NCBI RefSeq assembly: GCF_009914755.1
Contig: NC_060931.1
Origin: the human T2T-CHM13v2.0 reference genome, Homo sapiens
Direction: 5' to 3' (one strand)
Length of the DNA stretch: 64,000 nucleotides
Shown here: piece after piece, positions 40,260 through 53,453 of the stretch
Position numbering within the stretch: the first letter of the stretch is position 1
Layout of the letters: every line of letters begins with the position of its first letter
Translations under genes and position numbers: made by a program
The notes under the pieces: model-generated
The model's database searches: none
Told to the model about the DNA's origin: nothing
The model's input: the letters and a program-made list of their open reading frames with translations, nothing else

Positions 40260-42033
40260 GAAGTTTTGGCCAGAGCAATCAAGCAAGAGAAAGAAAAGGT
40301 ATTCAAATAGAAAGAAAAGAAGTCAAACTATTCCTATTTGCAGATGATGTGATTCTATACCTAGAAAAGTCAGAGTCTCTGCCCCAAAGCTCCTTGATCT
40401 GATAAACAACTTCAGCAAACTCTGACGATACAAAATCAATGTGCCAAAATCAGTAGCATTCCTATACACCAACAAGATCCAAGCTGACAGCCAAATCAAG
40501 AGTGCAGTCTCATTTAAAATAACCACGAAAAGAATAAAATGCTTAGGAATAGAGCTACCTAGGAAAGTGAGAAATCAGAAATGACACAAACAAATGGAAA
40601 AATATTCCATGCTCATGGATAGGGAGACTCAATGTTGTTAAAATGGCCATATTGCCCAAAGCAACTTATAGATTCAATGCTATTCTTATCAAATTAACAA
40701 TGACATCCTTCAAAGAATTAGAAAAAACTATTTTTAAATTTATGTGAAACCAAAAAAAAGCCCAAATAGCCAAGGCCATCTTAAACAAAAAGAATGAAGC
40801 CAGAGGCATCACATTACCTAACATCAATCTATACAGAAAATTGAAACTGGACCCTTTTGTTACATCACATACAAAAATAAACTCAAGATGGATGAAGGAC
40901 TTAGATATAAAAGCTAAAACTATGAAATCCCTGGAAGATAACCTAGGAAATGCCATTCTGGACATATGACTTAACAAAGATTTCATGACAAAGACACCAA
41001 AGACAACTGCAACTAAAACAAAAATTGACAAGTGGGACCTAATTAAAGTAAAGAGCTTCTGCACAGAAAACTATCAATAGAGAAAACAGGCAAGCTACAG
41101 AATTGGAGAAAATATTTCCACGCTATGCATCCAACAAAAGTCTAATATCCAGAATCTATAAGGAATTTAAACAACCAAGCAAAAAAGTAATACCATTAAA
41201 AAGTGGGCAAAGGATATGAGTAGATACTTCTCAAAAGAACCCTTAAAGTGACAAAAAATTATGAAAAAAATGCTCAATACCAGTAGCTATTAGAGAAATG
41301 CAAATGAAAGCCATAATAAGATAGCATGCCCCACCAGTCAGAGTTGATATTATTAAAAAGTCAACCAATTAGAGATGTTAGTCATGTTCCAGAGAAGATG
41401 GCAACACTTATACACAGGTGATTTGAATGTAAGTTAGTTCAGCCATGTGGAAAGCAGTTTGGATATTTCTCACAGAACTCAAAGCAGAATTATCATTTGA
41501 CCCAGCGATCCTATTATTGAATTTATACATGAAGGAGAATCAGTCTACCATAAAAACACATGCATGCATAGGTTCATCACAGAATTATTCACAATAGCAA
41601 AGACATGGAATCAACTTAAGTGTCCGTCAGTGGCAAACCAGATAAAGAAAATGTAGTATACATACATGATGGAATACTACAAAGCTATAAAAAAGAATGA
41701 GATCATGTCTTCTGCAGCAACATGAATGGAGCTGGAGGCCATTATACTAAGTGAACTAACACAGGAAAAGAAAACCAAATACTGTATGTTCTTACTTATA
41801 AGTGGGAGCCAAACATTGAGTACATATGGACACAAAGAAGGGAACAACAAACACCAGAACTTACCTGAAGGTGCAGGATGGGAGGAGGTGAGGATTAAAA
41901 AAACCCCTATTGGATACTACGCTTATTACCTGGGAGATGAAATAACCTGTACAACCAAACCCCCGTAACATGCAATTTATCTGTATAAGAAACCTGCACA
42001 TATAGCCATGAACCTAAAATAAAAGTTTAAAAA
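40260..42033 (+). mobile_element. 5'-truncated L1PA13-like element with internal deletions
   Basis: ORF2 from gaagttttggccagagcaatc (ctatttgcagatgat = FADD) through MELEAIILSELTQE (41726) to the 3' end aacctaaaataaaagtt. Confidence 0.92.
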
Positions 42034-42400
42034 GTTTATAAAATCAATAAATGAGTGAAAAAAATGAATAAATGCTTTAATGATTTCTATATCTCCCTTT
42101 TAAAAATTGACCTTTATCCAAATTTTCAGTATCTGCCATAGATAATATAAAATAATTTAAACTGAGATTTAAATTATAATCATGCTGAAAACATTACCAA
42201 AAGTTTTCATCTATTTTATTTTTAATTTACTTCTGCTTCATTTTCTTTAATATGCATAATAGATTTTAAATGCTTTCAAGGTCTATGGCAGTTTATATGG
42301 AAGATACCAATGAGCAGCAAGCAAGTATAAAAGTTAATCACACTATCAATTTAGTCAAAAACTTAAAATGCTTTCCAGTTCTCCCTTTAGCTGTCTTTAA

Positions 42401-42422
42401 CTCTCTCTTTCTCTCTCTCTGT

Positions 42423-42453
<31 letters not shown>
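42401..42453. repeat. (CT)n(CA)n microsatellite
   Basis: Direct reading. Confidence 0.9.
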
Positions 42454-43546
42454 GAGTGTGCATGCATGCCAATGACTTCAGCCTGTATCGCACAGCTTTA
42501 TAAACTTAGAAAAACCTAATTTTGAAAATATCACAACTATTGGGAAACACTGCAAAACAGCCAAAATTGTGTGAGTATGCATGTGTGTCTGAATAGTAGT
42601 GCTTTCTCCAAAAGAGGGCTCTCATGACCCTCTTTCAGCTTTTGCTGTGCTTTAAAAATCGAACAGAAAAGAAAGAAAAAGAAAAAGAAAAAAAAAAACT
42701 CTGGGTAATAGATAAAGAGAAATGAAAACACACAGAAAGTAAATTCCCCACTGAATGTAATAAAAGAAAATCAAACTAAATATCATTGTGGTGCTCAAAT
42801 GACAGTGAAAACTCCTTAAAGTTAAATCAGATTACTAAATACAAAGAAAATGCCTAATGGTAAAGTATAGCAGCTCCAAGAAATAAGTCTATGCTGTCAG
42901 TGAGATATAACTGAGAACGTATATAGTATTGTGTTAACATTTAATTTCTAAATATTTTTTGGAATATGTTAAGTGACTTTCCAAAACAAAATTTAAACTT
43001 CAAATTATTTTCATGTTCACAATTGCAGGTCCAAAATCATGCAGCACATAATGAAAATATCCTCTTCATTTCAATAATTTTAAAATAAAATTAATGTGAT
43101 TAGAAATGCTAAAATTTTGTACTCATTTAAAGGTAGTTGATGATGAAACATGGGATATTTAATGTCACTTAGAAATTAAGAAATTAAATTACATATTAAG
43201 TGCAGTTCACTTTCCTACGGTATATCTATACCTTTCTATAGTTCAATTTCTCAATCTTTCTATTAACCATAATGTCCTCTAATCAGCAATAATTTTTACA
43301 TAACACAGATAAAGAGAAGAAAGTCATTCTATACCAAATAAAAAAATGTTTAAGTAGAAATTCATTGAGTAACATTTTCCATACGGCTTTGTGTTTTTTT
43401 CTTTTTCAAATTGTTTAACATGTTAGAAAAGAAGACATTCATCATATTATAATTTAATTAGAAATATCTGTAAAAACATGAGAGAATCCATATATTTCCT
43501 AAAAATCTTAATTGAACTTTGGGTACTTAGAATACAGAGGCTATTT

Positions 43547-43866
43547 GGCCAGGCATGGTGGCTCACACCTGTAATCTCAGCAATTTGGGAAGCCAAAGCA
43601 AGCAGATTGCTTGAGCTCAGGAGTTGGAGACCAGCCTGGGCAGCATGACAAGACCCCATCTCTACAAAAAAAAAAAAAAAAAACACACACCACAAAAAAC
43701 AGCCAGGTATGGTGGCATGTGCCTGTAGCCTGAGCTACTAAAGAGGCTGAGGTGGAAGGATCACTTGAGCCCAGGAGGTCAAGGCTACAGTGAGCCCAGA
43801 TTGTGCCACTGCACGCCAGCCTTGGCCACAAATCAAGACCGTCTCAAGGAAAAAAAAAAAACAAAA
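43547..43866 (+). mobile_element. AluJ with expanded middle A-tract
   Basis: ggccaggcatggtggctcac...gcttgagctcaggagtt...ggtcaaggctacagtgagc. TSD aaYacagaggctRtt at 43531-43545 and 43867-43881. Confidence 0.95.
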
Positions 43867-44124
43867 AACACAGAGGCTGTTGACAATTTTCCCAGGAAAA
43901 CATTTATGATACTCAAGTCTGGTTGAAATTATCTTGAACCAGTCATTTAGCTTTGTATGATCTTGTGACTATAAACTAGCAAACCTCACAAGATTTGTTA
44001 AAATTGGATTAAGTATCTCAGGAAGTGCAGCAGTTTAATGTGAAGAGTAATTAACTGATAAATAAAGGGTAAGCATGTCCTCGAATAACTAAAGAGATGC
44101 AAGTTTTGGTCCCTCAAAAAACAG

Positions 44125-44275
44125 ATATTGCTAAAATAGTAGATTTTAAATGTTCTCACAACAAGAAAATAAGTAGATGGGTTGACGGGTAAGCCCATCA
44201 GCTTATTCAATATTTCTACAACAGACACATATATCAAAACATCACACTCTATCCCATAAATAAAAACTTATTATT
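44125..44275 (+). mobile_element. L1MA-type 3' end fragment
   Basis: ttgctaaaatagtagattttaaatgttctcac...atatcaaaacatcac. Confidence 0.65.
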
Positions 44276-44439
44276 TCTCCATAAAAACATATTTCATTCT
44301 ATACAAAGCAACCAAAAGCCAACACATAGACATCAAAATTTTTATGCAACTTTGTAAAACACTAAATTCATGATAGCCTACTGGAAAAATAACTTGGTTC
44401 TGACATAAGTAATCAGAAGTTTCTTTTGATCCAACATTT

Positions 44440-44590
44440 TCCCCAGTTTTCTTGAGGTATGATTGACAAATAAAAATTGTGTACATCTAGAGTATGCAAC
44501 TGGATATTTTCGTATATGCATACATTGCATCGACCGCTACATATAGTTACCGTGTGTGTGTCTGTGTGTGTGTGTGTGTGTGTGTATTCC
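44440..44590 (-). mobile_element. L1MA9-like 3' end fragment ending in (TG)n
   Basis: ttgaggtatgattgacaaataaaaattgt...catatagttaccgtgtgtg. Confidence 0.65.
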
Positions 44591-44614
44591 ACAATTTATG
44601 CAGGTTACATTCTT

Positions 44615-44805
44615 TTTATATTATTACTTTAAGTTCTGGGATACATGTGCAGAACATGCAGGTTTGTTACATAGGTACACATGTGCCATGGCGGTTTGCT
44701 GCACCTATCAACCTGTCATCTACATTAGGTATTTCTCCTAATGCTATCCCTCCCCTAGCCCCCCACCCCCTGACAGGCTCCAGTGTGTGATGTTTCCCTT
44801 CCACA
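44615..44805 (-). mobile_element. Short 5'-truncated L1PA6-like insertion
   Basis: tactttaagttctgggatacatgtgcagaac...gtcatctacattaggtatttctcc. TSD caggttaYattctt at 44601-44614 and 44806-44819. Confidence 0.92.
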
Positions 44806-45189
44806 CAGGTTATATTCTTAAGAAATAAATCCCATTATCTCTAAGCATGTATTGGACACCTATATTATTGGGTCAGGAGTTAGGCCTAACATAATTCAGA
44901 GTTAAGAAGACTAATGGATAGAAAAATAAATATGTGTATATTTTGTGGTTGATATAGTTCAGTGTGCACAAATTGGCAACATAAGAGTACCAATAAAGAG
45001 AGGCATTGGAGATATATTTTTAGCAATATCTAAATTCTTCACTAAACATTATTTAACATAGTTTGTGGTTATCATATCTGGACATTGAATTGATATACAG
45101 AATAATATAGCTAGTAAAATTGGAAGTTTATTTTTTTCCTGGCTATATATTAGACCACAAACCCTCCCACTACAAGACACCCAAAACTG

Positions 45190-45375
45190 TATATATATAA
45201 AATGTTAAGAGATATATAATAGATAAAAATGTAATTTATATATAATTTAAATATTTATAAATAAAATTTAAATATTTATATTTTTATATTATATACAAGC
45301 CATTATATAATTATAATATATAACATCTATTTTTATATAATTTATATAATATATATTTTATTTTTAATTATTTAA
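45190..45375. repeat. AT-rich low-complexity tract
   Basis: Near-pure A/T, TA-rich. Confidence 0.8.
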
Positions 45376-46758
45376 TTATTTTATTTTTATTTTTATTTTG
45401 ACTTTAAGTTCCAGAGTACATGTATGCACAGGATGTGCAGGTTTGTTACGTAGGTAAACGTGGGCCATGGTGCTTTGCTGCATGTATGAACCCATCACCT
45501 AGCTATTAAGCCTAGTGTGCATTAGCTATTTATCCTAATACTCTCCCTCCCCCATCCCACCCCCTGACAGGCCCCAGTGTGTGTTATTCCCCTCCCTGTT
45601 TCCATGTGTTCTCATTGTTTAGCTCCCACTTATAAGTGAGGACACGCAGTGTTTGGTTTTCTGTTCTTGTGTTAGTTTGCTAAGGATAATGGCTTCCAGC
45701 TCCATCCATATCCCCTGCAAATGACATAATCTTTTTTCTTTTTATGGCTGCATAGCATTCCATGGTGTATATGTACCACATTTTTAAAAAATCCATTCTA
45801 TTATCGATGGGCATTTGAGTTGATTGCATGTTTTTGCTATTGTGAATAGTGCTGCAGTGTACATATGCATGCATGTGTCTTTGTAATAGAAAGATTTATA
45901 TTTCTTTGGGTATGTACCCAAAATGGGATTGTTTGGTCAAATGATATTTCTGCTTCTAGATCTTTGAGGAATCGCCACACTGTCTTCCACAATGGCTGAA
46001 CTAATTTGCATTCCCACCAACAGTGTAAAAGTGTTGCTATTTCTTTGCAACCTCACCAGCATCTGTTGTTTCTTGACTTTTTAATAATCACTATTCTGAC
46101 TGGCGTGAGATGGTACCTCATTGTGGCTTTGATTTGTAATTCTCTAATGATCAGTGATGCTGAGCTTCTTTTCTTTGCTTGCCACATGAATGTCTTCGTC
46201 TGTTCATGTCCTTTGCCCATTTTTTAATGGAGTTAATTGTTTTTTTCTTGAAAATTTGTTTAACTTCCTTGTAGATACTGGATATTAGACCTTTGTCACA
46301 TGGATAGATTCCAAAAATTTTCTCACACTGTGTAGGTTGCCTGTTCACTCTGAGGATAGTTTGTTTTGCTGTACAGAAGCTCTTTAGTTTAAGATCCCAT
46401 TTGTGAATTTTTGCTTTTGTTGCAATTGCTTTCAGTGATTTTGTCATGAAGTCTTTGCCCATGCCTATGTCCTGAATGGTATTGCCTAGATTTTCTTCTA
46501 GGTTTTTTCTAGTTTTGGGTTTCACACTTAAGTATTTAATCCATTTTGAGTTAATTTTTGTATAAAGTGTAAGAAAGTGCCCCAGTTACAATTTTCTGCA
46601 TATGGCTAGCCAGTTCGCCGAACACTGTTTATTAAATAGGGGATCTTTCCCACATTGCTTGTTTTTATCAGGTTTGTTGAAGATCAGATGTGTGGTTTCA
46701 TTCCTGAGTTCTCTAGTCTGTTCCATTGGTGTATGCGTCTGTTTTTGTATGAGTACCA
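45376..46758 (-). mobile_element. 5'-truncated L1PA8-like element
   Basis: 3'UTR cccatcacctagctattaagcctagtgtgcattagctatt; ORF2 remnant 46151-46525 ([21 protein letters not shown]). Confidence 0.92.
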
Positions 46759-47430
46759 TATATATATGTATGTTTTATATATGTATATATGTTATATATA
46801 CATATATAATACTCCATATATGTATATATAATTTATATAATATGTTATATATAATTTATATGTTATATATTAATAATATATAAAATATACAATTTATAAA
46901 TATATAGTATAAACAGATATAAATAAAAGAATATTATATATTATAAGTTATACATTTTGTATTATTGTATAGTATATAAATTTTAAATTATGTTATATAT
47001 AAATATATAATTTAAGTAATTATATATATTACATATAATTTATATATTTCAATATATGATTTATTTATGTATATTATAATTTATAGACATTATATATAAT
47101 ATATAGACATAATGTTATAATCTATATAGATGATATATCTGTAAATTATATATAGTATGATTATGTATGTAATCTTATAATCTTAACCATATATACACAA
47201 TCTTATCATTTTGATCTTATATATATGACCTTATATATCATATATAGGTATTTACATAATAAACTTCTGTTTACACAAGTTTACACAAATATATATTGAT
47301 ATAATAAGTGTAATAAATATGTCCTTATGTAAATATTGATATTAATATAAAAGTATGTTTATATTATGTATAGCTACATATAATTTTATAATGTGTGTAA
47401 TTAATTTAGGCATCTTTTATATATAAGCCT
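46759..47430. repeat. Long degenerate (TA)-rich low-complexity tract
   Basis: ~670 bp dominated by TATA/ATAA motifs. Confidence 0.88.
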
Positions 47431-48049
47431 CAGAATAAATAAGGCATGCATTCCGTTGCTAAATATCTTCAATGTAACAACTTTTAACTTTATAAGGACC
47501 ACGTTTATAGTTCCCTTTATTGGTCAAGCTTCAGTTATAGAGTACATAATCCACTTCATATAGCTGAAGTAGAAAATGATTTATTACAATGAATTAAATG
47601 ACATATGGAATTTTTTCATGAGCTAAGCAATCATTTGAAGTTCCAAGAATCTCACCAATGACACATTGTAGAACTAGGCCACCAAAACATCACTATACCC
47701 TGTCACTATAGGAAAAATTTACAATCAGGAACATGGCTGCAAATTTTGAATATAGCTTTAAACCTGCTGGTTCCAACAACCCTACTCTTCTTTCCATGAT
47801 ATGCACAGGCACATTTCGATGCCTGATGCCATCCCTTTTGTCCCCCCACAGGAATGAGGTCTAAATCCAGTCTCATACTGGGAGCATCTCTTGGTGAAAC
47901 CTGAATCTCAATGCAGAAACTTAACAGTAAGACAGGTTCACTAATAAAGGCATTTTTTTTTCTAGAAAAAAGTTGAAATGCATTTTAAATACTCCAACTT
48001 AGTTATTTAGAATATATCTCAATTTGCTTGGCAAGGGTGACAACCTTTC

Positions 48050-48330
48050 CCTGAGGAAAGCATCTCTTGAGGAAACCCAGAACACAGATTATTTCTGGTA
48101 ATAAAATTCCAACAACTCTTATTGCTCACAAGATAAATCACAAATATGCAAGAAAATAAAACATTATAAGCAAAAATGACCTAAATCAATAAACAACACT
48201 AAACCATCAAAGACTATAAATATCAGAATTATCAGTTATGATACAATAAATTATCCTAGTTACAAAATAACTGTGCACAATACAGTTAAATAAATAAAAG
48301 AGGGAAAAAGTCCATGAGGAAGGAACAATA
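48050..48330 (+). mobile_element. HAL1/old L1 ORF1-region fragment
   Basis: aatcacaaatatgcaagaaaa...caaagactataaatatcagaattatcag...ttaaataaataaaagaggg. Confidence 0.45.
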
Positions 48331-48727
48331 GTCCTTCAAACTAAGCTGACTTAATTCCGGGTTCCTGTAAGATAATCTCTACACCAGATCAAAAGGCATT
48401 AATGGATCTAAAAATAATTACGTATATACATATATACATACATACATAAATTTCTACATCCTTAAAACAATTTTTATTAACAAGGATAATTATAACCATC
48501 CTAACCTGTGAATATATATATATATATATATACAGAAAAACAGAAAATAATATAAACTTCACATTAAGTGTATGTAGTCAAATAAATACCCAGATCCGGC
48601 AAAGTCACCTCTAGAGCCCACGTTAGAGTAAGTGGAGAGTCAGGAAGCATTTACAAGAAAAACGGAACAGAGAAATGGAGGTCTATTGGTGAGAAATCAC
48701 AGAATACTCTCAGAAGAAAAACCTTTC

Positions 48728-49124
48728 TATTATGGGCTGAATTAAGTCTTCCCACCTAACCTCCCCACCTACCATTTATGTCTTGAAGTCCTAACTCCTA
48801 GTACATCAGAATGTAACTGCTTGGCAAGAGTCTTAAAGAAGGTAATCAAGTTACATGAGGTCATTATGGTGAATTCTAATACTGTATGACTGACTGTCCT
48901 TATAAGAAGATATTAGTACACAGACGCACAGAGAAAAGACTATATGAAGACACCCGAGGAAGGCAGTCATCTATCTACAAGCCAAGGAGAGGGGCCTTAG
49001 AAGAATCCTGCTGACATCTCAATGCTGGACTTCTAGTCTTCAGAATTGTAAGGACATAAATATCTGTCATTTAAGCCATCCAATCTATGCTATTTTATTA
49101 AGGCAGCCCTAGAAAACTAATACA
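48728..49124 (+). mobile_element. MaLR solo LTR, MLT1B-like
   Basis: tattatgggctgaat...gaagtcctaactcctagtac...caagccaaggagagg...ggcagccctagaaaactaataca. Confidence 0.88.
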
Positions 49125-49191
49125 ATCACTAAGTTGAGACATATGTGGAATAGTTATTAGACCTGGTAGATCAGACCACTAACTTGTGTGG

Positions 49192-49407
49192 CAGGGGTTG
49201 CCAACCTCTTTACGTAAGACACCAGATGGTAAATTTATGAGGCTTTGAAGGCTGTGTGGTCTCTGGCAGTACTCAATTCTGTTGTTATAGCATGCCAGCA
49301 CTCATACAAAATACATAAAGTGAACATGGCTGTGTTCCAATAACTTTATTTACCAATATAGGCAGTAGTCTGGGTTTAGTTCCTGAGCTATAGTTTAATG
49401 ACTTCTG
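49192..49407 (+). mobile_element. MER58A (hAT-Charlie relic)
   Basis: caggggttgccaac...catggctgtgttccaataactttattt...tagtttaatgacttctg. Confidence 0.88.
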
Positions 49408-50422
49408 TATGAGGGAATAAAGAAAAACAATCTTAAAATAGAAAGAGGTTAGAGGTGGCAATCTTCGTGGAGCACTGCTTTTGGGAAAGAGATAAGTAAC
49501 CTGGAAAGGAGAAATACTCCTAGGATTATTGGTGGTGAAAAAAAAGAAAGAAGCAAGAATTGGATGACATAACAACTCTATATCCTCCACAAGATAATCC
49601 ATCTCTTACACTGAATGTATTAAACCAATAGAAGAGGGTGCTGTTGATGTCAGAAATTATAAGCCTCCTGAATCTCTCACCTTTGTCTGCATACAACTGT
49701 CATTTCTAGCTCAGGAAAATAATTTATTTTAAGCAGTGGAAGAAAACATCGAAACATAGATTGTATGCAAAGTTTATGTAATGTGAAATTTAGAATGCCA
49801 TAATTTGAGGCTTGGCAAATTTAGTGGCAGCCTTAACAGATACAATTTGTGGTGCATTGTACAAGGTTCTGAGCCTACTGACAAATTAATTTAAATATTT
49901 ACTTCCCATTATTGCCTATTATTTCAGAAGGCTTTGTGTTGTTGGCCATTAAGTTATGATAGATGGATAGTAAAAGCACTGAAGACTGTAAGAAAAGATC
50001 TCAGACAGCAAGCTTAAAATTACATCATGATAAAGGGTTTGTTTGTAGTTATTCAAACACTTAATGACAGAAACAATATAGACTCTGAGTTTATTAATAC
50101 CTTTGGGAAACTATTGTCAAAGAAGCCTCAATCCTAATTTGCAGAAGATGGTATCTGCCAAACCTCTACAGAACCCCAAGTTTCACTGTGCTTAGAGAAA
50201 GTGGGTTGCTAATAATATAATCTACTCTCCATTTCTTATATGGAGGATAATACACAAGAAACAACATTCTAGATTGCAAAACTAGGGGATAATCAAGTAA
50301 CTTATGGTTAGTGAGGCAAAACTATTCTTGGCCAAGAACCAGAGACTCTTGACTATTTCTTATTTCTCCCTCATATAGAGGGGAGGTTTAAAAAATCCTA
50401 ATTAACAGGTAAAATTTATATA

Positions 50423-50832
50423 CAGTTGGTCTTCAACTTATAATAGGGTTATGTCCCAATAAATCCATTATAAATCAAAAGTATTATAACAGGAAAATGT
50501 ATTTAATACACTTAACCTGCTGGATATCATAGCTTAGACCAGCCAATCTTAAACATGCTCAAGATGCTGACATCTTAGCTTACAGTTGGGCAAAATCAAC
50601 TGGCAACGCAGCACCCTCTAAAATATTGGTTGTTTACCCTCCTGATTGTGTGGCTGACTGGGAGATGCGGCTCACTGCGCCTGTCCAGGAACGCCAGAAA
50701 GTATTGCTAGCCCGGGAAAAATATCAAAATTAAAAATTTGAAGTAAGGTTTCTATTGAACTACGATCACTTTCACACCACGGTAGAGTTGAAAAATCATA
50801 AGTTGAACCACCATTAAGTCGAAGACTGTCTG
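50423..50832 (+). mobile_element. MER47B (TcMar-Tigger relic)
   Basis: TA-flanked (50421-50422, 50833-50834); tacagttgggcaaaatca, gtggctgactgggagatgcggctc and gctagcccgggaaaa. Confidence 0.88.
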
Positions 50833-51105
50833 TATTTATGGTGTATAACAGGATGTTTTGATATATGAATATGCTAGAAGGAAGTTTTAATGAGCTGTGT
50901 TGTTCCTTGTCTATCAACGTAAAAACAATAAGTTTTAACCAGATAGGTAGGCATTTGATGCTGATTGGGAAGGCTGCACACAAGTCCAGATCTGGGTCTA
51001 GTAGTAGCAACTTGAAGAGAATTTGGGTTTGGAGAGGTAACGTGTTTATAGAAATATGTATAGAAATAAGGATGTTTATGAATGTGCACTGGCAAAGGGG
51101 TTGAC

Positions 51106-51635
51106 TGTAGCTAACACATAGCTTTATATATCAAATCAATTTTATTCTATGTTTTGTAACCGAGCCCTATTTCTCCCGGACACATTTCCCAAGCTGCACT
51201 TCCTAATTTCCTTTGCAGTTGGGTATGACCATGAGACATAGTTCTAGCCAAGCACTTATAAGCAGAAGTGTTATGTGCAACATCCAGGAAGACCCGTTCA
51301 AGACATTTCCCCAACTGTTTAACTCATCTCTTTTAGTGAAGTTCTTTTCCTCTTTCTCCTATTCCTCCCTCATTCCCAGAAGAACAGAATACTATGGCTC
51401 TGTTAGCTGTATTTGTCTGTGCTGCGACCTTGAGTGTGGAAGTCAGTATAGCAGAGGTAAAAAGAGTGGAATAAAGCTATCATATTATCCCAGCACTGCT
51501 TGCTAATTTGTTTATTTGTTTGTGGGGTTTTGGTAGTTGTGTTACTTTTAACATGCGAGAATAAATTCTAAGGTGTTTAAACCAAGGTATTATTATTATT
51601 ATTTTATATGCACCTAAACCTAATCCTCACTAATG
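51106..51635 (+). mobile_element. Old MaLR LTR (MLT1I/J-like), possibly with internal-region remnant upstream
   Basis: cctttgcagttgggtatgaccatgagac...ttctagcca...agcagaagtg; preceded by PPT-like ggcaaaggggttgac. Confidence 0.6.
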
Positions 51636-52589
51636 AAAATTTCCACATATTTTCATGAATGCTCTGAATTCTTTTCTTGATGGGGTTTTAAGCAGAGGTA
51701 GAATTAGAAACATTACCAAACTATTTTTTTATTGATTATCAGAGGACCATTAGTTATGTTAGGGAGTAACTGCTAACCTCTAGAACATTGCTCTGAAAAG
51801 ATTACACGTGAGTATACACAAGAACAGGCTTTTTTTTTTTTTTTAGCATTTTCTTGAATATCTACATTGCACATAAATTAAATGAACTGTTCACTTAGAT
51901 ATGTGATATGTACCTAATTCAGATTCAAAATATTAATATATTTTGTCAAATGGACTCTTACCTAGATGTTATAATCTGGAAATGGCCAAATTTAAAAGTT
52001 AAATCATTCCTGGTAGTTAAAAATCAACTAAACCCAGTATTTTATGTATGTTACATAAAATTAAGTTATTCACTTTATTGTTTTTATCTTATTGTTACAA
52101 TGCAGTTTAATTAAAATGAACATAACCATTGTTTACTATTTTTATTAATTACCTATTTCTTACATTACTGCTGTAAACCTTGATATACAGAAATTAAGTA
52201 CGGTTTTCCAAGTACTAGAGATAAAAGAGTGGAAATACGAAACATCAAATGGTTGTGTCAAAAGACACTAAGAGAATCTTTTTTTTTCACTTTATCATTG
52301 GAACCATGAATAATTCTAGAATATTTCTTACTGTAATAGGAATAACCTTTATTGAACCTTAAAGAAATGATGCTAGAGTTTGGTTAGAATCCCTATATAC
52401 ATGGTTCTGCAGTTCAGAAGTGTGACTATCAGGCAACTGGGTAGAATCTATTGGTATATCTGCTGGAATAGTTACATTTTATTATTTTACTCATATACTA
52501 CATTGTTTCTTCAATTTTCATGAAAATTATATCTTATAGTCTATAGGAAACCTGTGGAAAGAAACTTGTCTTGAACCTCAATTTGAACT

Positions 52590-52750
52590 TTTTTCTATTT
52601 TTTTTTTTTTTTTTGAGACAAAGTCTCACTTTGTCACCCACGCTGGAGTGCATTGGCATGATCATGGCTCACTAGCCTTGAGCTCCCAAGCTCATGCTAT
52701 CTGCTCCTCAGTCTCCCTGGTAGCTAGGACTCCAGAACGCCTGGCTAATT
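52590..52750 (-). mobile_element. Alu right monomer (FRAM or 5'-truncated AluJ)
   Basis: Poly-T, gagacaaagtctcactttgtcaccc...gatcatggctcact...cctggctaatt; TSD-like aatttgaact/aattgaact. Confidence 0.88.
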
Positions 52751-53453
52751 GAACTGGCATTTTAGTTTGAAAGATCAAGGCCTATTCTGAACTCGCTCAA
52801 GGTACATTTGAATATCTTTCGAATATCTAGTCATGTAATCTCAGGTATGAAATAATAACTATTTAACCATAAAATATAAAACTGGTGGAGAATTTGTTTC
52901 TTTCAAAGAGCTGCCCATTAAGTATTATGCGTAATAGAAAATCTAAGAACCAAGAAAATTAATTCTTCTCTTGGGTAGAAAGTGGTGTTGGCAGTAAGCC
53001 AATGTTTCTGCCAAAAACAACTAAAACATTATAGTTACAAAATTTATATATCAAAGGAATAAGAAATCTGAAAATCTTAACAAGTTGTCCCAAGCAAATA
53101 TTTTGAGACAAAGAGTACTAATTATAAGTGGAAATGTTGATAATTTATACTTCATCAAATTTTAATTTTTCTAAAAAGAAAGTCCAGAGTACAAAGAGCA
53201 TATATATATGCACTGTATATAGTATATGTACAAATAGTATATATATACTGTATATAAAGTAGTGACATATATAAAAATAATATGTATTATATATTATTAT
53301 ATGTATATGTAAAGTAGTTCTATTCAGATAACATAAAATACTGCTAAAACTCTATTTCATATAGATATGAATATAGATATTCAAATGTACCTTGAGCAAG
53401 TTCAAAATAGGCCTTGATCTTTCAAACTAAAATGCCAGTTCAATTAGCCAGGC
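52739..53453. repeat. Inverted repeat: 79-bp arms 52739-52817 and 53375-53453 (77/79), 557-bp spacer, extending outward into Alu sequence at lower identity
   Basis: gcctggctaattgaactggcattttagtttgaaagatcaaggcctattYtgaactYgctcaaggtacatttgaatatct is present on opposite strands. Confidence 0.95.

Noticed and set aside
42537-42731. Long purine/A-rich tract as a processed-pseudogene tail or minus-strand exon acceptor
   Set aside because: No TSD, no recognisable parent mRNA, no convincing donor, and the translation matches nothing I recognise.
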